Shown here one piece after another: positions 38,245 to 51,340 of a stretch of 64,000 bases of DNA. Both the position numbers and the translations under genes were made by a program. A model generated the notes under the pieces. That model did no database searches. It saw only the letters and a program-made list of their open reading frames with translations, and was not told the origin of the DNA. The stretch lies in the NCBI GenBank assembly GCA_012026655.1, contig JAAILG010000076.1, positions 62,001 to 126,000 on the forward strand. The letters run 5' to 3'. Position 1 is the stretch's first letter. Each line of letters begins with the position of its first letter. This stretch comes from Hydrolagus affinis. Its lineage: Eukaryota.

Positions 38245-39098
38245 GTGACAGACTGCCTGTCAGACATCAAGTCCTGAATGAGAGACAACTTCTTACTGCT
38301 GAACATCAGCAAAACAGAGGCCCTCCTGATTGGCTCACGCTAGCGCCTCCGTACCTCAGGCAGTGGCAACATCAGCATCCATGGATGCACAATCTACCTC
38401 ATCGAGCCAGTTGGGAACCTGGGTGTCCCGTTTGATCCTGAGCTCCCCATATTCGTGCCATGACCCGCACCACCTTCCGCCACCTCCGCAATATCGCTTG
38501 TCTCTGTCACTGTCTCACCCCTCAGGCCGCTGAAACCCTTACACATGTGTAGGTCATGTCTAGGCTTGACTACGGCAACTCCATCCTTGTAGGACTCCCC
38601 ACCTCTTCCCTCCACAAGCTGCAGATCATACAAATCTCTTGCAGCTTGTGTCCTCTCCCACACCAGGCTCCGCAACCCAACACCCCACCCTCGACTGGCT
38701 CCACTTGCTCCCCTTTCCTCAGAGGATCGACTTCAAGGTCCTTGTCTTCACCTTGCCCCTTCTTACCTCTCTGACCTGCTGACCCCCTATCAACCTGACT
38801 GCTCCCTCCATTCTGCTCCGCCCGATCTGCTCTACCATTTGCAGCCGGGCCTTCAGCTTCTCTGTCCCTACACTTTGAAACTCCATCCCACCATCCCTTC
38901 TCCTTGCTCTCACCTTTGCGTCCTTCAAGGCCGGTCTCAAGACCCTCCTCTTCGACCGGGCCTTCAGTCGCCCTCCTACCTCTCTGCCCTGCATCATCCC
39001 AACCCTGCCCCTCCACCCATGCTTGGGTCCCGAACCCTGATTGTTCAGTATCTTGATGGGAAAGGTGCTCTGTAAATATAATTTTGTTGTTGTTGTTT
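38245..39098 (+). mobile_element. 5'-truncated L2
   Basis: ORF 38556.. reads [25 protein letters not shown]. The tail reads ctctgtaaatataattttgttgttgttg. Confidence 0.9.
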
Positions 39099-39099
39099 A

Positions 39100-39310
39100 G
39101 GCTGCACTGGCACTCCAGTGCAATGCAGCAGCACGCTGCAATATTAAGATGCTGTCTTTCAGATGGAAAAATTGAACTGGTGTGTTGTCTGCCTATTTTT
39201 GTGGACATTAAAGATCGTGTGAGACTACTCAAAAATCCAGCAGTGTTCATGGCTATCAAAGGTGGTTGTAGAATTGTAGAACACTGCTGTGTGCAAAATA
39301 CAGTCACTAG
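39100..39310 (+). mobile_element. Old Deu-domain SINE fragment
   Basis: cactccagtgcaatgcagcagcacgctgcaat...gatgctgtctttcagatg...gtggacattaaagatc. Confidence 0.6.
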
Positions 39311-40729
39311 ATATTATACTTATTATTTGCAATTATTTTCAGGCCTGTGGGCAGAATTGATCTGCTGTGTATAATGTTTAGCGTTAAAATAGTAAACTGC
39401 TCTTTTTAAGTGTACAGCACAGAACATGGAGACAACCTACCATAAACCAGTTAACAACTAAAATTGGTTGCTTGCAGGTGTTTGCATTATCTCCAATAAA
39501 TAGATGCAAAAATATCACAGGAATATAGGGTGTACAATAAACACGTAATTTTCCTTTAACTCCGGCAAACGATAAGAGCCGTCTTACTTTACAGAAGTAA
39601 TATTCAGTGAGTAATTTAGCACCTGATGTGTTATTTTAAAATCACCCACATTTAATCAATAGTTACGAGTCTGCCAACATTTATAATATTTCAAGATCAG
39701 CACATTGAGTATGTGGAACACAATTTTTCACTGTAACCCACTCTAAGCTGCAAGGTTGATTAACAAATTAGTGAAGGATTTGTTTCTGCAATTCTTTAAC
39801 TTTTTGTTGACCATATCTTAATCACTATCAGAAGTGTTCAGCTTTGACTCCATGGTACTGTTGAGATATTGAAAATTGTTTTAAATGCTAAATTACCCTT
39901 ACAGAGGCACTGTAGCTCTTTATAGCACTATAAATGCCAATAAAACTGAAGAGTTTACAATTGTCTGGATTTGATTTGCAATGCAGAGCGTAAAGAATCC
40001 AATGGCTCCAATCTGCAAACAATCTGTTTCAATACAGTTCTCTACAGTTTTACCACAAGTGGGGATCTCATCCTCAAGTAAAATGCAGTTTATACCATTT
40101 CTTAAACAGGTCAACAAGTGCTCTCTAAGTCTTCAATCCATACAGATAAAGGGGGCATATTTACAAATAATAATGGAATAGCAGAAAAAACTGCTTAGTC
40201 TGGATTTGTAATGGAAGCAGAGAATAAATGTTGAAGATCTGTGGTCAGTGAGCTGACCTAAATACTACAATAAATAATGCAATTGGTAAGAATAGATTGC
40301 ATCTCACAACTCTGTTTATACTATATATCAGGTAATTGTGATTCCCCAAATTAGATGGAATACAATACTAATTTGTAGACTGATCGCAGATGCATCACTG
40401 TGAACCATTTGTTCTCAGTGCTGCTTTCTTTCAGTACTAAGACCTTGCCATGAAATATGGATATTACGCTAGGTAATTGCAGTATAAATAAATCTGTTCA
40501 ACCAGCCATTTGTTGCTGTAAATTCAAAGTAGTATTTAGAGCTCAGATTGGAAACTTAGCCACATGTATTTGTCATATCCTATCCTAAATAGCTTTTGTC
40601 AACTTATATTAAAATGCAGGCTAGTGTTAAAGCTGTTTCAGCTGCTGACGTTTGATCTTTGGCTTTTGGGGTTCTGGAAATTAGGATTGATTTCTCCAAC
40701 AAGTCACTGACAATCCATGACCTCAGCAT

Positions 40730-40780
40730 TCAATCAATCAATCAATCGACTGACCGACCGACCGATCAATCAATCAATCA
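40730..40780. repeat. Compound (TCAA)n/(CCGA)n tetranucleotide repeat, probably a retroposon tail
   Basis: Read directly from the sequence. It abuts the minus-strand tail motif ttacatttatatag. Confidence 0.85.
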
Positions 40781-40844
40781 TTACATTTATATAGTGTTTT
40801 TCGCATTACATCTATAAATGTAATTTTGTTGTTGTTGTTGTTGT

Positions 40845-43362
40845 CCACCATCGCCTAAGCCCTCCCCCACTTTCCTCTCGGACATCTCCAGCCTCCTATC
40901 TTCCCTCTTCCTCTGCTTAAAGCCTTCTCATCTTAGACGACTTCAACCTCCACTTCACCAGCCTCCTGCTCTACCTTTGCTGACTTCTCCTCCTTCCTCA
41001 ACTCTCCTACCAGATCCACTCCACCATCCACTTCCTGTGACCACCCCCATGAACACCCCCTTGACCCGGTGATCACCCGGGGCCTCCTCATCACCATTTC
41101 GGACATCACCATCACAAATAAAGCCATTTCAGACCACCACTTAATCTCCCTTACACCTCTGTACCCCTTACCCCTACGCAACCCTCTACCATCACCTACC
41201 TCCTATGGAAAAACATTTCCTCCCTCTCCTTCTCCGCTGCCCTGGAGTCATTTGGAGTCATTTGAACTCCTGCTCCTCTGACCCTCACAGACTGATCTAC
41301 CCTCTTTGCTCTCTTTCCTCCACAACTCCCTCTCCTCCATCCTTGACTCATTTAGCCCCATCATTTCCTGAACTGCTTCATACTCCTGTAAATCCCTCAA
41401 GGCTCAAGTATGAGCTGCCGAATGCACCTAAACCAAATCCAAGCTAACAGTCCATCGGCAGATTTGGCTTGATCATACCAAGATCTACTGCTTCACCTTC
41501 ACGTCTACCAAATCTTCCTTCTACTGCAAGATAATATTGGAGCCAAGGATAACCCCAGGTTCCTCCTCACCACCATTAACCATTTCCTCTGTCCACGTTC
41601 ACAAGCCCATCCTCTCCTTCAATTCCAACTGAAAGAAAATGCTGGACTTCCTCAAATCCAAAATCAAGGGGATTTGTTCAGGTACCTCTACCCTATCCAG
41701 CACGACCCTTTCTTTACCTCTCCCTCATGATCCACCTCCCACCTATCCCCCCCCTATACACCTTCAACCTTATCTCTCCCTCCTCCCTCACCACTATTAT
41801 CTCCAAAATGAAGCCTAACATCTACTTACTTGACCACTTCTCTCCTCACCTCCCAGCTTCACCTCCTGGCTCTTTCCTAATCAACCTCTCCTTATCTACT
41901 ACTGGCACTGTTCCCACACCCCTAAAAACAGCTGTCAGTACCCCCATCATGGAAAAGCCTTCCTTGAACCCATCCCTACTCTCCAGTTGCAGCCCTATCT
42001 TCAACCTCCCATTCCTCTCTGATGCCCTGGAATGTCCCAGTTTCGCTCTTTTCTTTCTTGCCATTCCCTCTTTGACCCCCTCTAGTCCAGCTTTCGTGCT
42101 GCCCAGAGCATGGAGACAGCCCTGGTCAAAGTCTCTAATTCTAAACATATGCAATTAGAGCTTTCTCTGACTCCTTGTCTTTCTCAACATCTCTGCCGCC
42201 TTTGACACTGTCCACCACTCCATATTGCTATACCGCCTCTCTTCTCAGTTCAATCTTCATGGAACTGCCCTTGCCCGGTTCAACTCTTACCTCTCCCACT
42301 GACTCCACTTTATCATCACTAATGGCTTCTGCTCCAGCCCCTACACTTTCACGTGTGGCGTTCCCCTAGAGCTTTGTCCTTGGCCCTCTCCATTTCAACA
42401 TCTATATGCTCCCCCTTGGTGACATAATCCGCAGACATGGGGTTAACTTCCATACGTATGCAGATGAATCTTTCTACCTCCATCCTCAATTCCAGGACCA
42501 CTCTCTGTTGGACATCAAGTCCTGGATGAGAGCTACCTTTCTACAGTTGAAAGTCAACATGACCAAGATTCTTCTGATTGGCTTGCACCAGCACCTCCGC
42601 ACCTCAAGCACTGGCAGCATCAACCTCCATGGCTGCACACTCCAATTCACCAAGCCAGTCAGGAACCTAGGTGTCCTCAACTATTTTTTCTCCCCCACAT
42701 CCATGCCATGATGTGCTCTGACTTCCCTCACCTCCGCAACATTGCCCGACTTCTCCACTACCTTACTCCTCAGGCCGCTGAAACTTTCACTCATACCTTT
42801 ATTACGTCCAGGCTCGACTATGCTAATGCCCTGCTTGTCAGCCTTCCCAACTCCTCTCTCCATAGGCTGCAGAACATCCAGAACTCTCCAGCCTATATCC
42901 TCCCCCACACCAATCTCCGCGACCCCATTTCCCCCATTCTTGCCTGACTCCACTGGCTTTCCCATCATTCAGAGGATTCAATTCAAGATGCCAGGCTGTA
43001 CCTTTAAAGCCCTCCTACCAACTTGTCTACTCCCTCCGCTCAACGGACTCCGGCCTGGTCCATGTCACCTGACCTTGCGCCCCACCATTGGTGAGTGAAC
43101 CATCAGCCACTCTGCCCCCTACCTTTGGAATTCCATCTCGCAATCTCTCTGCCTCGCCCCTCCCTAGCCTCATTTAATCCCGCCTCAAGACCCTCCTCTG
43201 CGATCGTGCCATCGGTCACCCCCCCACACAACACCCTTCCCCTCCTTTCCATCAACCTTCCCTGATCCCAATCCCAGCTTAGGTCGAAAACACTGACTAT
43301 CCAGCGCCTTGGGATGTCCTCTCGACTTGAAAGGCTCTATACAAACGTAATTTTGTTGTTTG
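40845..43362 (+). mobile_element. Long L2 ORF2 pseudogene (APE endonuclease plus RT) with 3' tail
   Basis: Motifs in order: LILDDFNLH and ISDHHLI (endonuclease); [49 protein letters not shown] and FITSRLDYANALL (RT). Many frameshifts. The tail reads cagcgccttgggatg...aaaggctctatacaaacgtaattttgttg. Confidence 0.95.
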
Positions 43363-44619
43363 TTTGCGCTCAGGCTGAAAAGCGAATGTCAGCATCATGA
43401 ATATACAAACCAGACCTCTAGAAATGTGGCCCCAGCGCAAACGCATGAATATTCTCATAACAGATTGTCCAAGGAAAACAATTTTTTAAAAAGACAGTGT
43501 TTCGCTCCTTCCTGGATGCCATTAATTTTTTTTTGCAATACCTGTGAGCACTGTATCTTCAAGATAAATGCACAAAGCTTAGGCTTTACTAATCTTTTCT
43601 TATACTGTAGCATGGAAATAACCTCAAGCTAAACTTAATACCAAGAGCCCCAGGATTTCTTTTAATTCCACAGCCTGTCTCAGACTACATTACTCGATGA
43701 AATTCAATAAGAGTCTGTACAAATAGTCATTTCTGCCATATGTAAAATATATATCTTTCACATGAAACACAGCTGAAAATAAAAATCCCAATAATAAACA
43801 CTGCAAAATATAGTGTTTTTTCAATAGCGGAACAAATATTCAGTTTCTACTCACTTGTTACAAAATTATCCAAAATCTGTGACTTGTGATTAGCAGCTCA
43901 TTCACTCAGACTGCTTGTTGAGTATCTGTGCTGCATATTTTATCAAATGCTAGCATATACAGCATCTTGCCATTTAATTCTTCACAATAAACAGATCTGA
44001 TTAATAAATATGGTTGGATGGAGCATTAGCCTAGTGTTTTCACATAGCCAAAGCAGACTATAATTATGGGATAGAATTGCAGGCTGTGGACAGGGTAAGT
44101 GCGGTCTGGGACATGCAAACAGTTAACCTTTCACTTTGGATGATTAGGTCTGATAAAATGAAATTAGAGTAGCAGGAGGACAGTAATAGGATCATCGAAG
44201 AGTCATTAGTTATGGCAGGCCTCCCACAATCATTTATCTGGCCTTTGCTACCACCTCATTTTGCAAGAAATACAAGAAATATAATATGACAAAAAATGAC
44301 TATATATTCTGAAATTGATTTATTTTCCAAATTGCACTGTTTCCTCATGAATTTATTTCTTTATGATTGCATCTATGAAATTCACAGGTAAGGTTTACCA
44401 GGTAATAGTTGGCTCTGAGTACAATTATTTTTCATGTTATTTTGCTGGAGGGAATGCAAAAATTGACGCAAATTTTTCCATAAAGTTTAGTTTCTCATAA
44501 TTTCTGGCTCGGTTGCTAAAACTCTCCTTGTGTTAAAAAGTTATGACTTTGTGCCTGGACTGGAGTTTATAATCTGGGCAGTACAGAAATTGAGGTTAAC
44601 CCAGAATTATTGGAGCTGC

Positions 44620-44885
44620 CGAATTTCGCATGAGGCTTTTAATTGAGATACTGGCTGTCAATCGATGATAAAGATCCCAATGCATCATTTAAAAGAAAAG
44701 CGAGGGCCACGCAAATATTCCTCCTCATTTAAATTTACTGCAAAACTCAAATTGTTCATTCTTCAGCTCTGTTTGTGGGATATTGCTGGTATAGATTTTG
44801 CTACTACAATTGCCACCGTACTAATTAAACAACCCATTTTGTGAAATGCTTTGAGATGATTCAACATATTAGTACAGTATTATTA
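44620..44885 (+). mobile_element. Old Deu-domain SINE fragment
   Basis: aaagatcccaatgcatcatttaaaagaaaagcgaggg...ctgtttgtgggatattgctg...gtgaaatgctttgaga. Confidence 0.55.
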
Positions 44886-47452
44886 TTCCAACTGACTCAT
44901 GCAATCAAAGCATATATGTGAAACCCCATCCATCCCCCTACCTAAAATGTTTCAATCATGCTTGATGTTTTCCTGTAGGAAGGAAAGATTATGTTGAATT
45001 TTTTTTTTTTTTAAATTTAACTTTTGTTTTTATTTCCTGTTTAAATATCCTCTCCTTCCTGCAATTATGCACATATCTTCCAGTACCCTGTTTGGGCCAC
45101 TGAACTGAAGACTCATGTATAGACCAGCCCCCAATTTAATTGCAGCCTGATCAGATTCATATTTGATGCAAATCTGTTGCTGTTGATTTGCACTGAATGA
45201 TGAAGTGTAAAGGGGTGCGAAGCAATTCACTTGTTGGCAGTGTGGAGTGGAAGACTATATTTTTGATTGGAGAATTGACCTTCACTGCAAAAAGAGGAGA
45301 TTCAATCAGAGTGGTACGAGCACTTGTTACAAATCTCTTAACATTTTCTATGGTGACAGAAGACTTGATGCAGCCATCGAATTGATCATTTAATACCATC
45401 TGAACTAAATGTGGTCAGCCGTAGTTAGAAACCCTGATAGATTGCTTTGGGTTCCATTGGGGCTCTGCTCTGTAGACATGCAGCTGCAGACATTATGACA
45501 AGTTGAGAAGCTACACCTAAGAGGTACAAATTCACCTAAAAATGCATACATTTGATCCTGGTTAATGAGAACATGGCTCCCTTTGATTCACAATGTATTT
45601 AAATCAGTCCTGATGAGTTCTTATTAAGAGAGAAATCTATAAATTGGATTGTTCCAATTACAATGGGGAATTCTAACCTAATAGGCTTCAACCTATGGAG
45701 GGGCCTAGCATTTGGTTCCGATGATTATAAATTTCTCCCCCACCCACTCCAATAGGCGTGCTACAGACTGCAGAAAGTATGACACAGTGGGACTCATGAA
45801 ATATATGACCAATTAATCTGTTAATTTGAATAAAGGAAGGTTTGTATGGAGGAAGAGAAGAATTCCCTGCTGTTTAAAATTAGTACAGTACTGTGGAATC
45901 TTCTGTTATAATAGGTAGAGTGCCCTCAGTACAATACCTGATTTGAATGATGGCATTTCCAAAACTGCATTCCCTCAGCACTGCACTGATGGATGGGTAT
46001 GTGTGTGTGAGTGCATGCATGTATGTATGTGCGCATGCTTTCTGAGTGGTGGATTGGCATTCAAGACCACAATCTTCTGGCCCAGAAAGGAGGGAGAAAG
46101 AGAGAAACCTGCACTTTTCAAACTGCTTCACAGTAATAATTATTATCTTATGCAGTAACTATTTCTTATAAACATTTGTGACTGCTATTTTGCATACAAC
46201 AATATCTCACAAATAACCATGAGGCAAATGGCTAATTCATCCGGAGATCTTTTTTGGCCCAAAACTTATTTATCTTTTTCAACAGTACCAATGAGATCAG
46301 ATGAACAGGAACTCTATATAGCATCTTACCTGAGAGATGCCACCTGTAATAATGCTTCCCTTGTATTGTACTGGAATGCTGGCGACTGAGCCAAATTAAC
46401 AGCTAGTGTGTGCCATTCAGTGCTGTTGGGTTAAAGAATTACAAATAAGGAAAACAATAATGTGAAGGACAAATAGAACTACTTCAGAGGTTACAAGAAA
46501 ACAAAACGTAGCCAAGACTGAATTATATTGGAAGTACAGTAGTTGAAAATAACTGAAAAAAATAGCACAGGGAGTAAAAGGGCAATGGTACAGGAGATTG
46601 GTAGAGCAACAAATAGGATTCAAAACATTGTTCAGTTATTTTACCGGCAGGAGCTGATTATTCCTTGGGTTTGAAGTAAGATCTGTTTAGCTCAATTCAA
46701 AATAACTCAGACAAGACATTGAGAAAAAAGCTCAGTCTTTCCATAGCTTAGAAGTGGAGTCTCAACCAATGAGTAACAGCTTGTCAACTAGCCCTACTCT
46801 CCATAGGTAAAGACACAAATTCAATTTGTTGCCATAGCAATGATCAGAAAATCTTTCAGTTTTTCTGGCACGTTTTATAAAGGTTATCCAAGGTCAAAAG
46901 GGTTTGTTTTTGTAAAACTTGTCATGGTTATCTGCAGTTAATGCTTTTCAATCAAACAAAAGGAAAATAAGAAGTAAAATTCACAGTAACCACATTAAGG
47001 AATAAGATTAATTGGACTTCTACATTAGTGATAATTCTTAGCTTTTTAAAAATGATTACAAACAATCAATTATTCCCAAACCACAATCCATCTATTTCAA
47101 TTCAATTATATTTGTCTTTGATGAAAATAAATGTTTGCAATCTTTGTCACCACTTGAGGCTTCAATCCACTGTCATCCACTTCCTATAGCAACAAGCATG
47201 TCTTCGTTCTATTGCAATTGGCAGTAATTCAGAATTTGAATCAGATTGGTTCAGATCGATTGAACCAGATGTACCATCTTCATGTGGTTCTTGATGATGC
47301 ATTCCAAATGTCTTGCTTCCATCTCCGACAGAGATTGGCTTCTGGTGATGAAAGCAGTGCTTCGTCTTTTGAACAGGCTCCAAACCAAACCAGATGATAG
47401 ACCAAATCATATTGCAGTTGTTGAATACTGCAGTGCAGAATGAGGACATCAT

Positions 47453-47571
47453 GCCATGTTTTGCCCACAAAATATACAGTCAATTCACTTTACAGTATAT
47501 TCTGTGAAATGCTTTGAGACTTTTCGAAGACGTGAAAAGGCGCTTTATCAAATGGAAGAATTATTATTATG
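47453..47571 (+). mobile_element. SINE 3' fragment
   Basis: gcccacaaaatatacagtcaattcactttacagtatattctgtgaa plus tail. Confidence 0.88.
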
Positions 47572-48589
47572 ATGTTTTTTGCAATCCAATCTAATCCAAT
47601 ATTCCACAAGCATTTTAATATTTCTCCTTAGGTAATGTCACCAGGCTGATCTTTTCAGTCAAATAAATGCCTCAGCCGTCGCACTATTGAAATCTTTCCC
47701 TTGGCTTCTCTGCAATAAAGTTGGTTTCACTTGTTCCGCATGCATCCTTTCATCAGCAGGGGAGCAAACAATCAGCATCCATCTCGAGTTATTACTCACA
47801 TCAAGACACAGTAATATTTTGCAAATTCATCTGGAGCTGCTTATTGACATCTTCAGACAAACCTAGGATGCTTTTGCTTCACAGCATTTTGACTGAGAGG
47901 CATTTCTGCAATGTGTTGCACAATTTTCTCTTTAGTGGGATAGTTATGAAACGGGGTGTCAGCACTATTCCGCGGGGCAATCTCGATAAATTCACCATCT
48001 GAAAGACGCTGGCTATGCTTCACAATTCAGGATGAAATTCAGAAGTATGATAATATCAGGTGATTTGGTTTCCTCTTTCATTGTTGGCTGAATCTAGCAG
48101 ACTCACACTGATATTTTTGGTATTCTTTACATTCCCATCATATTTTTTCTTAGTTTCAAAGTATTCCTTCATGTTTGGAAGTTCTGGAAACTGCAGATTC
48201 AGATATTACTGCACACAAAGCATATGGCATAAAGAAATGTGGTGTGGGATGTGGTCAATTTTACAAGGGCAATAAATGTAATTAAAATGTGTTCTCTATG
48301 ACTGGTCTGGTGTTTATCAACCCTCCACCCACCCGAACTGGAGAACAATTTATCCTCCCAGCATTTCAGAATTAAAATGCTGCAACATTTGTCTTTAGTT
48401 AACAAGAATCCGAGGTTTATCCCAGGTTGCAGTTCAGATTTTTAACTTTTAATTTCATCCTTTAATCTTAATTTTAGAAGTGAAGTGAGTGGATTTGCTG
48501 CACCTATGATTGGTAATAATTAATGGTGTTTAAAATAAAACCAGAGCCCTCTCATCTCACTTGATGCTTCTTAATTTGAAATTTAATGC

Positions 48590-49037
48590 ACCAAACTTCG
48601 CTCCCTCATTACCCCAGTCCTTGCCAGACTTCACTGGCTCCCTATCCCCGAGAGGATCGACATCAAGATCCTCACCCTTGTTTTCAAATCCCTCCACTCC
48701 TCTGCACCCCCCTACCTCTCTGATGTCCTCTCTCCTCAAACCAGCTCCCGTTGCCTTCGCTCCATGGGTCTGGCCTCCTCCATGTCCTCTGAATCCTCCG
48801 CTCCATCCTCGGCGGCCGGGCCTTCAGCCATTATGCCCCGAGGCTCTGGAATTCCCTTCCTCACTACCTTCGCCTTGCCCCCTCTTTTCTCAGTTTCAGG
48901 TCCCAGCTGAAGACCTTTCTCTTTGGTCACTTTTCTACCCCTGCCCCTGGCTCAGTCCCGGGATCCGCTATTGTGAAGCGCTCTGAGACGCCGTCCGGTG
49001 TGGAGGGCGCTATATAAATCAAAGTTGTTGTTGTTGT
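48590..49037 (+). mobile_element. L2 3' fragment with the second tail type
   Basis: cttcactggctccctatccccgagaggatcgacatcaagatcctc (LHWLPI.ERID.KIL). The tail reads gaagcgctctgagacgccgtccggtgtggagggcgctatataaatcaaagttgttg. Confidence 0.9.
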
Positions 49038-50585
49038 ATGTCCTCTACTTCTGTAGTCCAATTGAAATAATATTGCTTAGATTTACAATCCTAGTCTCTC
49101 TCACCATGTTAAAGACTTGGATCATGCCCTGCTCAATCCTTTAATACAGTCAAAATCAATCCTGTGAGCTTCACCTCATAACTGAGAGCCCAAAGTCTCA
49201 GAATTATTTCACCAATAACAATGTCATTTTGAAGGTATAGTACCTTATACAGCACAAATATTCTAAATATGGAATCACCCGTGATCTATACAAGGTCAGA
49301 ATAACTTTGACTTATATTAAATTGCTGTTTAGATACAACCCAGATTTTAATTAGGTTTCTTGATAGGAGTTTTACACCTTCTGGAAACCGTCAGCGAATG
49401 ATTAATAATCACACCCAAATCCTTTCTCCACCTTTCCTAATAGACACTGCTTCACTGTTGTCAATGTGCACCACCTTATATTGATTTGCATGGATTGGTG
49501 TTAGAAGTATTCTATCCCGTATCAGTGATGTTAAGTGCTTTGACATGTCGCCCCAATGTGAAAGGCGATATATAATGCAGGTTGCATTTTTATTGTGTAA
49601 GTGTTCATGTTGCACTATTATTGTTCATTTTGCTTGATCCACTCAGCTGCCACTCTTAAGCCCATTTCCTTATTTGATCCAAATTGTCCTGAATCCTATA
49701 TATCCTCCTCACATTGGCCATTTACTTACATATCTTTGAATCAGCAAGAAGTTGTCAAAGATGATAAGATGCGGCCTCCATTGAGTTTGACTCAGCAGAT
49801 GTGCAAAGAGAGAACAAGATAGCGTGCAAGTCCGTTTAACAAAGCAGAATAAAGGGATTGAGTGGGACAGCTGATTAAATATGGTCTTCATTGCAGTGAC
49901 ATAATCCAGTCTTAACTGACAAGATGAAAGCCAACCATTCCCATCAGCTGTCAAGATCCTAAATAAAACGAGTTTGCTGGTGACCAGTTGTCACAGCTCA
50001 ACAGGGGAAAAGTGCTTATGAACCAGTACTAACATCCATTGCATTGGCAGCTTCCTCCAGAAAGGCCATTGTAAAGGCTGATGTGAAAAGTGAAAATATC
50101 ACAGGTGTTATTCTTTGGGTTGAGCATGTTATTGGAATGGTGCAGAGAATTCTGTTCTAGCCTGCACCTGAAACCTCATTTGGGACAGAGTGATGCTGAT
50201 GTTGAACGTAGAAGTGAAAAGAAATATTTCCTTCCACGGCAATATTATTTCTTTTGTTTGTGAGTGCAAAGTATTTTTGAATTGAGATATTAGAAAATTC
50301 CTACCATTAAAATTTTCTGAAAGAAATAATCGAATGGGTTAATGCAATCAGTCTCACTAAAAGGACATGCCTTGAGGTACAAACAAATCCAGTGATTAAA
50401 AACAAGTGCCAAAGTACAATAGCTTGTTCCTTTCATGTTTTTGATACCACTGAGCATGTGCCAAGTACTGCTAATATCAATATGATGGTTACACTTGAAA
50501 GATATTTTGATCGGGGGTGCGAGGAACTAGCCTCATGCCTTGCAGAAAAGGATAGCAAGGATATTATATTTCTTTGTTCTTTCAG

Positions 50586-50660
50586 AGGATGTGGACTTTT
50601 AACAAGTCGCAGAGAAAGCTGATTGGCTGTGTTGCGTTTGACGAGAGAAAGCTGGCTGTG
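50586..50660 (+). CDS. Putative coding exon of an unidentified host gene (RMWTFNKSQRKLIGCVAFDERKLAV)
   Basis: Strong acceptor tatttctttgttctttcag and donor GTG|gtgagc. 75 bp, only phase 0 is open, and CpGs are retained. Confidence 0.45.
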
Positions 50661-50861
50661 GTGAGCGAATTTCTTGTTCCGCTAATCCAGGAGCTTTCTG
50701 TAGGTCATAATAATATAATAATAATAATCCTTGCATTTGATATAGCGCTTTCCACATCTCATCGACATCTAAAAGTGCTTCACAGAATATACTGTAAAGT
50801 GAATTCACTGTTTATTTGTGGGCAAAATGCAGCAGCCAATTGCGCACAGCAGTGTCCAACA

Positions 50862-51340
50862 AACAACAACAACAACAACAACAAATTACATTTATAGAGC
50901 GCCTTTCACGTCGGGAGGACGTTNNNNNNNNNNNNNNNNNNNNNNNNNNNNNNNNNNNNNNNNNNNNNNNNNNNNNNNNNNNNNNNNNNNNNNNNNNNNN
51001 NNNNNNNNNNNNNNNNNNNNNNNCTTGGAGCAGGCCGAGTCCTGCTGAACGGAGGGTCCGGGTAGGCTTGTAGGGGGAGAGTAAAGTGGTTAAATAGGGC
51101 GGGGCAAGGCCGTGTAAGGCCTTGAAGGTGAGGACGAGGATCTTGAACTCGATCCTCTGGAGAATGGGGAGCCAGTGAAGACGGGCGAGGGTGGAGGTTA
51201 TATGGTCGCGGAGGCGGGTGCGGGATAATACACGGGCTGCAGAGTTTTGGATGACCTGCAGCCTGTGAATGGAGGAACTGGGGAGGCCGACGAGGAGAGA
51301 GTTTCCATAGTCGAGCCTCGAGGTGATGTATGCGTGCATA
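50862..51340 (-). mobile_element. Young 5'-truncated L2 spanning the assembly gap
   Basis: Uninterrupted reading [19 protein letters not shown]...[30 protein letters not shown]. CpG-rich, with an (AAC)n tail. Confidence 0.93.
50924..51023. other. Assembly gap (100 N)
   Basis: Run of N. Confidence 1.

Noticed and set aside
38570-39307. 245-aa ORF as a host gene
   Set aside because: It is the antisense reading of L2 and Deu-SINE sequence.
47162-47470. 102-aa minus-strand ORF
   Set aside because: It begins inside a SINE fragment, has no recognisable domain and has no clear splice signals.
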